In this document: positions 20,130-30,169 of the stretch, one piece after another
Layout: the number at the start of each line of letters is the position of its first letter
Position numbering within the stretch: the first letter of the stretch is position 1
Assembly: GCA_963782915.1 (NCBI GenBank)
Contig: CAWALK010000015.1
Span: 262,792-326,791, forward strand
Length of the DNA stretch: 64,000 nucleotides
Direction: 5' to 3'
From: an uncultured archaeon
GTDB lineage: Archaea; Thermoproteota; Bathyarchaeia; Bathyarchaeales; Bathycorpusculaceae
Made by a program: the position numbers and the translations under genes
Notes under the pieces: model-generated
The model's input: the letters and a program-made list of their open reading frames with translations, nothing else
Told to the model about the DNA's origin: nothing
Databases searched by the model: none

Positions 20130-20375
20130 TTGAACGATCAAGTTCGTGCAATACGTTGCGAAAACTGCAAATCGACAAGTGAGGTTCTAACTGCAAACCA
20201 CAATAACCCTAACTTGCTGCTATATGGCTGCAAAGACACCAAATGCAAACACAGGATGCTACGTTTAGATTTTGACAGAGGAGTATCAAGAAAGTTACTA
20301 ATCGATAATATCCCAACATCCCTCCATTCAAAAGATGCCTGTAGCGAATCGTTTGCTCCTATGCTTTCTGCATGA
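20130..20375 (+). CDS. Small putative Zn-binding protein
   Basis: CENC..CKDTKC, TTG start. Confidence 0.45.
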   Translation: MNDQVRAIRCENCKSTSEVLTANHNNPNLLLYGCKDTKCKHRMLRLDFDRGVSRKLLIDNIPTSLHSKDACSESFAPMLSA

Positions 20376-20441
20376 AAACCTTTCATCAGCTTTTCTTTAA
20401 GCGTATAACTGGTTAAATCCCTATTTGTGACTGCATTTTTC

Positions 20442-20567
20442 TCTTCATGTGGGGTGTGGCGAGTTTTAATTTTCCACAAGACTGTTTGGGGATTGCGTTG
20501 TATTTTGCTGTTGCATTGCTTCTCTGCGCCTGTTTCGGTGTGGGATAGGCGTTTTTCTCCACACGCC
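20442..20567 (+). repeat. ~125-bp hairpin repeat, family B copy 2
   Basis: Reverse complement of 17528-17652 with few substitutions. Confidence 0.9.
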
Positions 20568-20774
20568 CTGCATGCTTCTATGTTGAAACCGCCGAGGTGT
20601 GGAAGTGAAGGCATGTTAAGCTTGCTTTTAGTTTTTACGTTAGAAATAATCTCGTGCTCGCAAAGCTAAAAACGAGCTATATACCGTTTTTTAAATCGGC
20701 CGAAAAATGGCTATAGTTAGACGCCACCAGAGTTGAAATATAGAGCGTCAAACTCGCTCCCGCCCGCCACCAAC

Positions 20775-21197
20775 TCATAGAAGCTCTATAGGGTAGCCTT
20801 TTGGCTGGAGTTTTTTGTACTGAGTCTGCTCATCCGCGGTAATGCAAACGGTTTTTTTGTATTCCGCGATGGCAACGGGCAGGGCGTCGTAGAACGTTAT
20901 TTTTCCGTCGTAGGCTATTTCGCCAGTTCTTGCTGTGAGGGCTTCAGTCAGATGGGTAACGCCCATATGGAGGTTGAATAGTTGCGCTAACGCGTTTTTC
21001 CATTTCTGGGCATCGTAATCGGGTTTATATCGCAGGGCGTTGCCGACTTCGCAGAATAAGATTTCAGAGACCGTTAACTCAACTGACCCTTGAGTGTACG
21101 CATCTAGGAGTTTAAGAGCTTCATCTGATTTTGTCTCTATGCTAAACCATTTGACCACTATGGAGGCGTCCAGTATTATTTGGCGGCATCTCGCCAT
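20775..21197 (-). CDS. vapC: PIN-domain toxin
   Basis: ILDASIVVKW, EVGNAL, FYDA, ITADE. Confidence 0.88.
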   Translation of the reverse strand: MARCRQIILDASIVVKWFSIETKSDEALKLLDAYTQGSVELTVSEILFCEVGNALRYKPDYDAQKWKNALAQLFNLHMGVTHLTEALTARTGEIAYDGKITFYDALPVAIAEYKKTVCITADEQTQYKKLQPKGYPIELL

Positions 21198-21397
21198 TTT
21201 CGTATTTCTCCCGCACCGTTCCATTCTGCGTTGTTTTCCATTCGAAGGTTTTTGATTGCCTCTGCTGCGCATTGAATTTCTTCTTTTCGTGCGGCGTCTT
21301 CGAAGGCTTTTCTTGCCACTTCGCTCCAGTTGACGCTTTTGCAGTGCTTCATGCGGTCTTTTAGCTCTTCTGGAACTCTTACTGTCACGTTACTCAT
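21176..21397 (-). CDS. vapB: RHH antitoxin
   Basis: VTVRVPEELKDRM..VNWSEVAR; overlaps toxin. Confidence 0.8.
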   Translation of the reverse strand: MSNVTVRVPEELKDRMKHCKSVNWSEVARKAFEDAARKEEIQCAAEAIKNLRMENNAEWNGAGEIRKWRDAAK

Positions 21398-21837
21398 ACA
21401 CATTACCTTTTGCACATGTTAGGTGCACATATTATTTGTAAGTACCGAGTTAAAAGGTTTCCATTTCAAAAATAGAATTACGAGCTTCGCCAAATAACCG
21501 CGTCTTGATAGGGGATAGGGTTCAATCCTTCCCGTCCGCCACGTTCCACATTCGATTTTTTGATAGTAACGGTCGAAATGACAGTTTACTCTGAAATGTG
21601 ATTAGAAAGGTTACTGTATAATTTGAATTATCTCAGGGTACCCCTGATAGGAAGGGTTTAGGTCCCATGTTAGCCGCATAAACCGCCAACGCAATACTAA
21701 AAAAGACATCATCATGAGCGTAATAAGGCTTTAAGGAATTTCATAAAATAAACGCTCATTAAAAATACCATTTTTAATCGCTTGTTTACAGAAACCTTAA
21801 ACTTTCGTTTATCCTAGAATTACCTCTGGAATTCGAT

Positions 21838-22505
21838 ATGGAAAGATCAGCTATTATTCTTGCAGGTGGAATGTCAAAAGAATTTGACGGCGACAAAGCG
21901 GTCTTAGAATTAGAAGGTAAGCCCCTATTGAGCTATGTTGTTGAGTCAGTAAAGGGCATCGCTGAAGAAGTCATAGTTGTTACTGATTCCCAAGGATATT
22001 GCTGATGCATATGCGAAGGTTGTGCCGTCAGCAAAGTTTGTCGTTAACCAGGACCCATCGGGCGATTTATTAGTCTGAGGTTATTGCGGGTTTTGAGGCT
22101 GCTCAAGGTGAATACTCGCTTATTCTGCCGTCAGGTAGCCCTTTTGTTTCGCATGAACTCGTGACTTTGCTTTTTGAATGCTGTATTGGCAAAGCGGCTG
22201 TTGTTCCACGGTGGACTAATCAGGAGATTGAGCCTTTGCATGCTGTTTACGATACAAAGATGGCGTTGGAGGCAGCTAAAGCGTTGTTGGCAGAGGGCGG
22301 ATCGGATATGGTTGAGTTGGTTGAGAGGCTCAGGGGCGTTCGTTACCTGTCGACTATGGTGATTGAGCAGTTGGATCCCGAGTTTAGGTCGTTTTTTACG
22401 GTGACGTCTCCTGTGGCTCTTAAGAAGGCTTTAGTTATGTCTAAGATGTCGAAATCTAAGCCTAAGTCGAAGTCGAAGGGGCATAAAACTAAATATCCAA
22501 TATAA
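21838..22505 (+). CDS. mobA: Molybdenum cofactor guanylyltransferase (apparent indels)
   Basis: SAIILAGG..GDKA..GKPLL N-terminus; EPLHAVY. Confidence 0.75.
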
Positions 22506-22657
22506 CCCCATATTTCTTGGGTAAAGACCCTCTAGGTTTATGCATAGATTAACTATTTTGAGCCTTTTATTAGCGGTTAGTCGGTTGTTGCTGTATCGAA
22601 GCTACAACATCGCTTAATATGGCACCTAAGCCATAGGTGACTCGCAAGGCACCAGAT

Positions 22658-22825
22658 ATGCTAAAACAAGTTTTCCGATGTCCAATCTGCAGAAAAAGCA
22701 TAACCAACCCCGAACAATTAAGGCTCCACCGAATAAGCAGACACAGAGGAACAGTCTGTGGCGACAACTGGTTAGCGCCCCGAAAAGTTGTAGTTGTAAC
22801 CGTGCAGCCACATGATTATTTATGA
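22658..22825 (+). CDS. Small C2H2 zinc-finger protein
   Basis: FRCPICRKSITNPEQLRLHRISRH. Confidence 0.7.
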   Translation: MLKQVFRCPICRKSITNPEQLRLHRISRHRGTVCGDNWLAPRKVVVVTVQPHDYL

Positions 22826-22881
22826 TTCAACAGGACCTATGTTGTAATCGCGTAGGATGTGATAATATCCAAAAGCGTCAG

Positions 22882-22985
22882 GCGAACCAACAGTTAGTTG
22901 AGGCACAAGCAAAGAAGTGTTTTCCCTCTCCCTCTCTCTTCCGTATACTTTCGTTTGTGCCCCAGCTAACCGAATGGCAAGCCAA
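22882..22985 (+). promoter_or_regulatory. Structured 5' leader of tfs copy 2
   Basis: Stems GTTAGTTG/CAGCTAAC, GGCACAAGC/GTTTGTGCC, AAGTGT/ATACTT; pyrimidine loop ending TCTCTTCC. Confidence 0.7.
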
Positions 22986-23017
22986 CGAACAGTTTTGTTT
23001 AGGAGATGAAAAGTAAA

Positions 23018-23371
23018 ATGGAATTTTGTAAGGAATGCGGTTCAAGACTAAAACCCGTAAAAATACATTCAGGAAACCAAGCAATGATAATGTTAGCCTG
23101 CACCAAATGTGGGCAAAAAAAACAGGAAACCGAAGTCAATGCGAAAACGTTTAATGGCAAAGTTATTGAGCATAGCCCAAAACAGTTCGTTGCAGTAATC
23201 GGCAAAGAAGAACAGGAACTAACCACTATGCCAACAATACAGATCGATTGCCCAAGATGCGGAAACAACACGGCTAATGTTTGGCAAGTGCAGACCCGCG
23301 GTTCTGATGAGTCTTCGACGCAGTTTGTGCGGTGTATTCGGTGCGGTTTCACTTTTAGAGAATACACCTAG
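23018..23371 (+). CDS. tfs: Transcription elongation/cleavage factor TFS, second paralogue
   Basis: Two Zn ribbons, QTRGSDE. Confidence 0.92.
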   Translation: MEFCKECGSRLKPVKIHSGNQAMIMLACTKCGQKKQETEVNAKTFNGKVIEHSPKQFVAVIGKEEQELTTMPTIQIDCPRCGNNTANVWQVQTRGSDESSTQFVRCIRCGFTFREYT

Positions 23372-23495
23372 CTTTTCCTTTATTTTTACCCTGTTTTTTG
23401 TTAATCAGCTTTTTTATTATTTACGGTAATTGAAAAGGTTTATCAGACTTTGGGCACCACTAGAAACTAACGCTTGTTAGCAGTTTTTGAGGTAA

Positions 23496-23939
23496 TTGTT
23501 TTTGTCTATGGCTCCACTTGACCCCATCGGAAACATTAGCCTAATTCTTCAAATCGTAATTTTGTTCCTGCTCATCTTGGGGTTACCGTTCTTCAGAGGG
23601 CAAAAAGACCAAAAAAACCTAACAGTGCATGGCTACTTTACCGTGGCAGCGCTTGTTTTGCATACTATTCTTATTTTTTTGGTGATGATTCCGACTTTTA
23701 CTGGTGGGTTAGGTGAATTGGGTGAGCTTTCATTGTTTAATTCGTTTACGGTGTGGTCGCATATAGTTTTGGGGACAGCAGCTGAGGTTTTAGGTGTTAT
23801 AATCATCGCTTTCTGGCTGGGCAAGGGACCGAAAAAGATGGCTTGTTGGAAATTTAAAAAGTGGATGTTGCCGACTTTTGTTATTTGGGTTATCTCGATT
23901 GTGAATGGTACGCTCATACACATTTTAGGTATGCTCTAA
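23496..23939 (+). CDS. Four-TM membrane protein (DUF420-like)
   Basis: Hydrophobic helices with His residues (VHG, LHT, SHI). Confidence 0.6.
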   Translation: MFLSMAPLDPIGNISLILQIVILFLLILGLPFFRGQKDQKNLTVHGYFTVAALVLHTILIFLVMIPTFTGGLGELGELSLFNSFTVWSHIVLGTAAEVLGVIIIAFWLGKGPKKMACWKFKKWMLPTFVIWVISIVNGTLIHILGML

Positions 23940-23940
23940 C

Positions 23941-25931
23941 ATGAACCATGAAGGCATGAATATGGAGGGCATGAAGCATGAAGCCCCAGCCCACAGCATG
24001 CATACGCAGACGCTAAAAAAGCGTTTCTGGGTCTGCCTCATCCTCACAATACCCGTGCTGATTCTTTCCCAAGCTATCCAGGGCTGGTTCCAATTTACCC
24101 TCACAGTGCCATATCAGCAATTTATTCTCTTGGCATTAGCAGTCGTCATCTATGTCTATGGCGGCTATCCTTTCCTAACTGGTTTAATCCAAGAGCTCAA
24201 GCAACGCCAACCCGGCATGATGACACTCATCGGCACAGCCATATCAGTCGCGTTTTTCTTCTCCGCAGCCACCGTTTTTGTGCCCGTTGGAGGCGATTTC
24301 TTCTGGGAACTCGCCACACTAATCGATGTAATGCTACTTGGGTCATTGGCTTGAAGCACGCAGCGTATTGGGCGCTTCTCGTGCGCTTGAGGAACTGGTT
24401 AAAGTGATGCCCACCACCGCTCACGTTTTTATGGGTGGCGAATTCATGGATATGCCCGTTGCTCACCTGCAAGTCGGCAGTGTTGTGCTGGTTCGCCCTG
24501 GCGAAAAAATCCCCTCGGATGGCACAGTACTTGAGGGCGAATCTTTTGTTAACGAATCACTTCTCACAGGCGAATCTAAACCAGTGCATAAGCAGCAAAA
24601 CGACAAAGTTATCGGCGGCGCAGTCAACGGCGACGGTGCATTGCGGGTTCGGATTGAGCGGACGGGTGAGGCTACTTATCTATCGCAGGTTGTGCGGCTG
24701 GTTCGTCAGGCGCAAGAAAGCAAGTCTCACACACAGGACCTTGCAAACAGGGCAGCCGCGTTGCTTTTCTACGTTGCCTTAACCGTGGGGGCGGTAACTT
24801 TTGCGGTTTGGGCCTTACTGGGCAATACCCAGTTTGCTTTAACCAGAAGCGTCACCGTACTTGTGATTGCCTGTCCGCATGCGTTGGGCTTAGCTATTCC
24901 GCTTGTAGTTGCCCTCTCAACATCAATAACAGCAAAAAGGGGTATCCTAATCCGTGATCGGAAAGCCTTCGAAGATGCGAAGGATGTGACGGCGGTGGTT
25001 TTTGATAAGACGGGTACGTTGACGTTGGGGCAGTTCGGTGTCACGGATATGGTGGCGTATGTTTCTGAGGCTGAACTTTTGGCGTTGACGGCGTCGGTCG
25101 AGCGGAATTCTGAACACGTCATCGCTAAAGCCATCGTTGAATATGCCAAAGCAAAAGGAATCGCTGTTCCGGAGAGTAAGGATTTCAAAGCAATACCCGG
25201 CAAAGGCGCCAAAAGCGGTGGTTAATGGCAAAGCGGTCTATGTTGGCAGCCCAAGCATGTTAACAGACCTAAACCTCAAAGCAAATGATGAAAAAATTAG
25301 CCAGCTTCAGAATGCGGGTAAAACAGTCGTTTTCGCTGTAATTGATGGTAAGTTGGCTGGTGCTTTTGCTCTTGCCGATAAAGTCCGGGAAGAATCGCAG
25401 AGGGCAGTGGCAGATTTGAAAGCTATCGGCGTCAAAGTTTACATGTTAACCGGCGACTCAGAGCAAGTAGCAGCGGCGGTGGCGAAGGAGCTTGGCATCG
25501 ACGAATACTTTGCGGGTGTATTGCCTGACCAGAAAGCCGCCAAAATCACGTTGCTAAAGCAGCAGGGCTACAGGGTGGCTATGGTTGGCGACGGCATCAA
25601 CGATGCCCCGGCACTGGCAACAGCCGACGTTGGAATAGCCATCGGAGCCGGAACAGACGTAGCCATCGAAAGCGCCGACATTATCCTAGTAAAGAACAAT
25701 CCCCAAGATGTACCCAAAGCCATCGGTTTCTCCAAGCTGACATATTCTAAGATGGTTCAGAATCTCTGGTGGGCAGCAGGCTACAACATCTTTGCGATTC
25801 CACTGGCGGCAGGTGTTTTTGCGGGTTTTGGGATTGTGATTGACCCTGCGGTTGGGGCGATTTTGATGTCGCTTAGCACTGTTTTGGTGGCGATTAACAG
25901 CCAGACTCTGCGCCGACATGAAAGCCTATGA
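23941..25931 (+). CDS. copB: P1B-type copper ATPase (two apparent frameshifts)
   Basis: His/Met-rich N-terminus, TGES, CPH, DKTGT, GDGIND, YN, MSLS. Confidence 0.9.
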
Positions 25932-26150
25932 ATAGATCAAAAGTTAGGTACTTATTTTTCTACAGTGTGTTGTTGCCAAAAACCGCCTATACACAACAAC
26001 AACCAACGGACTTTATTGCGCAATGCATTTGGTGTTGTGCATTTGGTTTGGGTTGCAGATTGGTTGTAGCGTTTCCCGCAAGCAGTTCAGTTTCAGACTT
26101 AACAGAACCTACCTACCTCAGAACACCTACCCCCTCCCTTATTTATAGAC
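25932..26150 (+). repeat. Dispersed repeat family A copy
   Basis: Aligns with 42370-42558 and the reverse complement of 62981-63200; ends CCCCCTCCCTTATTTATA. Confidence 0.85.
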
Positions 26151-26296
26151 TCAACAAGTGCCTATTCGGATGCTTGGGAATTGGATGTATGCAATCTTTT
26201 CTGTTTGAGTGGTTAACGGTTTGTTGGGTTATTTAGCGGTTTTGTTAGCAGTTGTTTTCGGAATCAATTGTTTGGTTAAATAAGGTTTGGTTTTTC

Positions 26297-27287
26297 TTAT
26301 AGTGGGGGTTTGGCGATTGTTTTGCCCGTTAATGTTTTTGTCCACTGCTTAAACTCGTCTGAAACTGGATGGTCTTGGAAGAGTTGTTTGCGTTTGGATT
26401 CCAAGAAGACGTTTTCTTGACCCGCATATTCTGCAGCCGTCATAACACTATGCCCTGTAGCTTGGGCTTTCTAGGAAAACCGCCTCCATCTTGGAACGCC
26501 AAAACTCATCCCGCAAAGCATGATGCTCCACAATAACCAGCGGAGTCGCCTCAACAATACGCTCCAAATTCTTCAATCCCTGAGCAAGCTGCGCTTCTTC
26601 CACGCGGAAACCCGCAAGATACAGCGGCGGACCCCCAACCATTAATACGGTAGGCTTTGCTGCCAAAATAAGCTCAGTAGTCTGTATAGACATCGGCCCC
26701 TGCACATCAGGCGCATGCATAAACCGCTCACCCCCATACTCGACAGTTGCCATTATGACCCAGCCAAGCCCCCCATTATCAGAACCATGAGCAACCGCTT
26801 TTGAAAATCGAATTGTGGTGTCACCGTAAGCAAAGATTTTACCATCGGCAGGTATGACTGTTTTTGCGTGTTTGCCACCTGTTTTCTGGAACATCCATGC
26901 GCGTTCGCGTTGGCTTGCGTTAATGTTTTCTTTTGGGTTCTTGGCAAGGACGGTTTTTCCGTTGTAGATTTGGCGTGCCGTTTCGCCGTCTTCTGTCCAG
27001 TTGACAACCCAGTCCTCATAGCTGGGGGTGTGATGGTCGAAGTGATAGTGGCTAATCGTGGTTACTGTGGCTTTGTCGGCTGCTTCTGCGATAACTTGGC
27101 GCAGTCGCGCTATGGTTTGGAATTCGATGGGATGCGGCGGTAAATTGAAACGGTAAGGGCACAGCGAAACTCCGGCATCCAGCAGCACCGAAACATCGGG
27201 CGTTTCCACGAGTGTACACATGGAGCGGACGCCAAAACTTTCCGAAGCCAAAGGAGTAACCTTGATTTTAGTTAGCGGTGTTTCCAT
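26297..27287 (-). CDS. Metallo-beta-lactamase-fold hydrolase (UPF0282-like), C-terminal frameshift
   Basis: ASESFGVRSM, SHYHFDH, DVQGP, EHHALRD. Confidence 0.85.
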
Positions 27288-27386
27288 GCGTGCATAAACC
27301 TGCGTTACAGGTAACATTTTGCAGAGTAAAAACTTTGTTAGTGCCCATGCGCCATAAACCATTAAAGTATAAACTCACTTGGAATT

Positions 27387-27974
27387 ATGCTGTATAAGGC
27401 GGTTTTTATGAGTCAACAACCAAACGAGAGCGGCAACCTTGAAGTTGCAACTTTGGCAGGCGGCTGTTTTTGGTGCACCGAAGCCGCGTTTAGCATCATC
27501 AAAGGTGTAGAACGCATCGAACCCGGTTACACCGGCGGCGTCGTACCTAACCCCAGCTACGAGGAGGTTTCAACTGGGCAGACGGGGCATGCTGAGGCAG
27601 CGCAGATTTATTATGACCCCAAAGTGATAGATTACCGGACGATTCTGCAGATTTTCTTCACCATGCATGACCCCACCTCACTCAACCGCCAAGGCGCAGA
27701 CGTGGGCACCCAGTACCGTTCAGCCATTTTCTACCATAACCAACTGCAAAAGGAAACCGCAGAGAAATTAATCGACGAACTTAACAAGGAAGGCATATGG
27801 GACCGCCCCATCGTAACCAGCCTTGAACCCCTGAAACACTTCTATAAAGCCGAAACTTACCATAAAGATTACTTCAAAAAACACCCCAAAGAACCCTATT
27901 GCCAAGCGGTGATTGCGCCGAAAATTGCGAAGTTGCAGGCGCATTTTATAGATAAAATCAAGGTGCCCCTATGA
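27387..27974 (+). CDS. msrA: Peptide methionine sulfoxide reductase A
   Basis: GGCFWC, GHAE, QYRS, AETYH. Confidence 0.95.
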   Translation: MLYKAVFMSQQPNESGNLEVATLAGGCFWCTEAAFSIIKGVERIEPGYTGGVVPNPSYEEVSTGQTGHAEAAQIYYDPKVIDYRTILQIFFTMHDPTSLNRQGADVGTQYRSAIFYHNQLQKETAEKLIDELNKEGIWDRPIVTSLEPLKHFYKAETYHKDYFKKHPKEPYCQAVIAPKIAKLQAHFIDKIKVPL

Positions 27975-28537
27975 CACAGATGTCTGTTGGCAGCGCCGAT
28001 TTGGTGCTCCATGAGATTGAGGCTCAAGCGGAAAATGGGTTTTTACCAATCATCGGACCCCAAAAAGGCAGATACCTCGCCGAAGAAGTACGCAAAGCCA
28101 AGCCTGTGCATGTCTTGGAAGTTGGTACATTGATTGGGTACTCAGCGGTTTTGATGGGCAAAGAAATGCAAGCGGGCTCAGAGATTGTTACTATCGAAAT
28201 GCACCGTGACGAAGCCGAACAAGCTGGACAAAACGTTCTCAAAGCAGATATACCCGCCAAAGTTAAAATAATAACTGGCAACGCCTTGGATGTTATTCCG
28301 ACGTTGCAGGGATCGTTTGATTTAGCGTTTATCGACGCTGAAAAAACCGAGTATCTGCGTTACCTCCAGTTAGCCGAGCCTAAGCTGCATAAGGGTAGTG
28401 TGGTTTTTGCTGATAACGCGGGGATATTTGCTACTCAAATGAGCGATTATCTGCATTATGTGCGTCGCAGCGGTAAATATGAGAGCCGCTACATCCAAGT
28501 GGGTGAGGACGGCGTTGAAATCAGCATAAAACTCTAA
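27971..28537 (+). CDS. SAM-dependent O-methyltransferase
   Basis: LEVGTLIGYS, FIDAEK, ADN. Confidence 0.9.
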   Translation: MTQMSVGSADLVLHEIEAQAENGFLPIIGPQKGRYLAEEVRKAKPVHVLEVGTLIGYSAVLMGKEMQAGSEIVTIEMHRDEAEQAGQNVLKADIPAKVKIITGNALDVIPTLQGSFDLAFIDAEKTEYLRYLQLAEPKLHKGSVVFADNAGIFATQMSDYLHYVRRSGKYESRYIQVGEDGVEISIKL

Positions 28538-28711
28538 CATTGCCGTGGTTGTTTTGACACTGGAGGCTCTTGTCTAAGTGGATGCATGACCGGACAACTT
28601 CAAAACAGCTGATCTTAATACAGGAAGTATATGCCCAGTTTGGCGCTCTGATCGGCTGGCATTAACACAGAACACCAGAAGTGGGAAACAATACCGTAGA
28701 AGAAAATAAAA

Positions 28712-29779
28712 CTAGAAGCTACGGTACCTGCGTTGCTTTCTGGATTTAGGTTTTCTTAGTCGTTCACCGCATTGCAAACAGAAAGCTATTCCATTCGATA
28801 CTGGAAGCGCTTTGCCTGCTGGCCAAAAATGACCGTTTGGACATTTTAGGTCAAAATCAAAAGCTTGGGTTTCGTAATCGTGGGGGTTGGCGGTGATGTC
28901 TTGTTTGAGAGATACGTTGCTTTTGATGATTTCGTGTGGCGGATAGACGGGTGCGGGGATGATTATTTTGGGTGTGAGGGGTTTGGCTGGCGCTTCCGGT
29001 TTTGGTTGAGATACAGGTTTTGGCGTAGGAATTTGTATGGCGACGACTACGGGGTTTGGTTGAACAACGATAGGTTTTGGCGGTGCAATGGGTATAACGG
29101 GGGCAACGGGTTTTGGCGTGGGGACCGGTGTAGAGGCGATAACAGGTTTTATCTGAACAGGAGGTTTCGGTGGTGCAACCAGTATAGCGGGAGAAACACG
29201 CGGCACAGGTTGAGCAACTGATTTTTGTTGAACAACCGGTACATAAGCAACTGGCCTAGGATTACGTATGAAGTTAGGTGAAGCAACACGATTAGGTGTA
29301 ACTATGTTATGGCCAGCAACGGGCCTGGCAAAAGAAATAGTAAACGCAGCAACCGGCTTTTTGGGGATAACCCGCTTAGGTTTCATGATATGCTTTGCTG
29401 AGATAACCGGTTTAGGCGGCTCAACGGCTTTCACCTGAGGGACAATTTTGACAGGTGTAGCAATTTTGATTGGAACGACTGCTTTAGGGGCAACTGCCTT
29501 AACCGCATTAACAGGTTTTGGTGCAACCGCTTTCACAGCAGAAACTGCTCTGACATGAGCAACGACCTTGGCGGGTTTGTCTGTGATAACTTTGATTTGA
29601 ATCGGTGAAACTTCAGGAATCATAGCCTTAGCTATCTTTGCTGATCCAGTAGCACGCAATGCGTGGCTAGTTTGGATGCGTTTGGTATTTATCATTGGTG
29701 CAGTAGTTGATGTCCTGCAATCAGGGCAACTTTCGCTGTATTCAACGAGTCTACGTCCACATTTTCGGCAAAACGGCAT
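28712..29779 (-). CDS. Zn-ribbon protein with Pro/Val/Lys-rich linker
   Basis: N-terminal CRKC..CPDC, C-terminal CPNGH..CLQC. Confidence 0.75.
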   Translation of the reverse strand: MPFCRKCGRRLVEYSESCPDCRTSTTAPMINTKRIQTSHALRATGSAKIAKAMIPEVSPIQIKVITDKPAKVVAHVRAVSAVKAVAPKPVNAVKAVAPKAVVPIKIATPVKIVPQVKAVEPPKPVISAKHIMKPKRVIPKKPVAAFTISFARPVAGHNIVTPNRVASPNFIRNPRPVAYVPVVQQKSVAQPVPRVSPAILVAPPKPPVQIKPVIASTPVPTPKPVAPVIPIAPPKPIVVQPNPVVVAIQIPTPKPVSQPKPEAPAKPLTPKIIIPAPVYPPHEIIKSNVSLKQDITANPHDYETQAFDFDLKCPNGHFWPAGKALPVSNGIAFCLQCGERLRKPKSRKQRRYRSF

Positions 29780-29888
29780 ATGTTCACTCTAACTTTTCAG
29801 GGAGAAGATGACTTGGCGCCCTTTAAACTTTAACACAGTCATTGGGGTAAAGTTACCTGAATGTTTAAAGGCTGTTGAACCCAGTTTT

Positions 29889-30061
29889 GTGGTGGGTGGG
29901 CGATGACGAGTCTGGCCCCGCAGACAATAGGATGATGTGGATCTTGAGTGCGATTGACGTTAACTATGACACCGTTTAGGCTTGACTTAAACGCAGAGTT
30001 AACGTCTCAAGAGCTCACCTAATAGATTTCCGACAACTAATCAGCAGGCACCACTTTTTTT
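29889..30061 (+). ncRNA. Candidate structured non-coding RNA
   Basis: TTTAAA at 29864, nested stems, closing GTGGTG/CACCAC, T7 tract; C/D-like boxes in the 5' half. Confidence 0.6.
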
Positions 30062-30169
30062 ATCCAAGTTGAACGGCGTTAACCATCTTGCACCATGCAA
30101 GATAGGATTTAAGAGGTTAAGGCGGATTTTAGTCCTTGACTAATTTTATCGGTTTTTAGAGGTATAGAC

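Noticed and set aside
21500-21545. Complete tRNA gene
   Set aside because: Only a T-arm/acceptor-like fragment; no D or anticodon arm
25928-26236. Similar ORFs at 25928-26236 and 42446-42649, and at 17466-17684 and 20138-20614
   Set aside because: Translations of the non-coding repeats; the similarity is at DNA level and reading frames are not preserved
26335-26347. TTTTTGTCCACTG as the right TIR of the family A copy
   Set aside because: Lies in the frameshifted C-terminal coding tail of the MBL hydrolase (KQWTKT); probably chance
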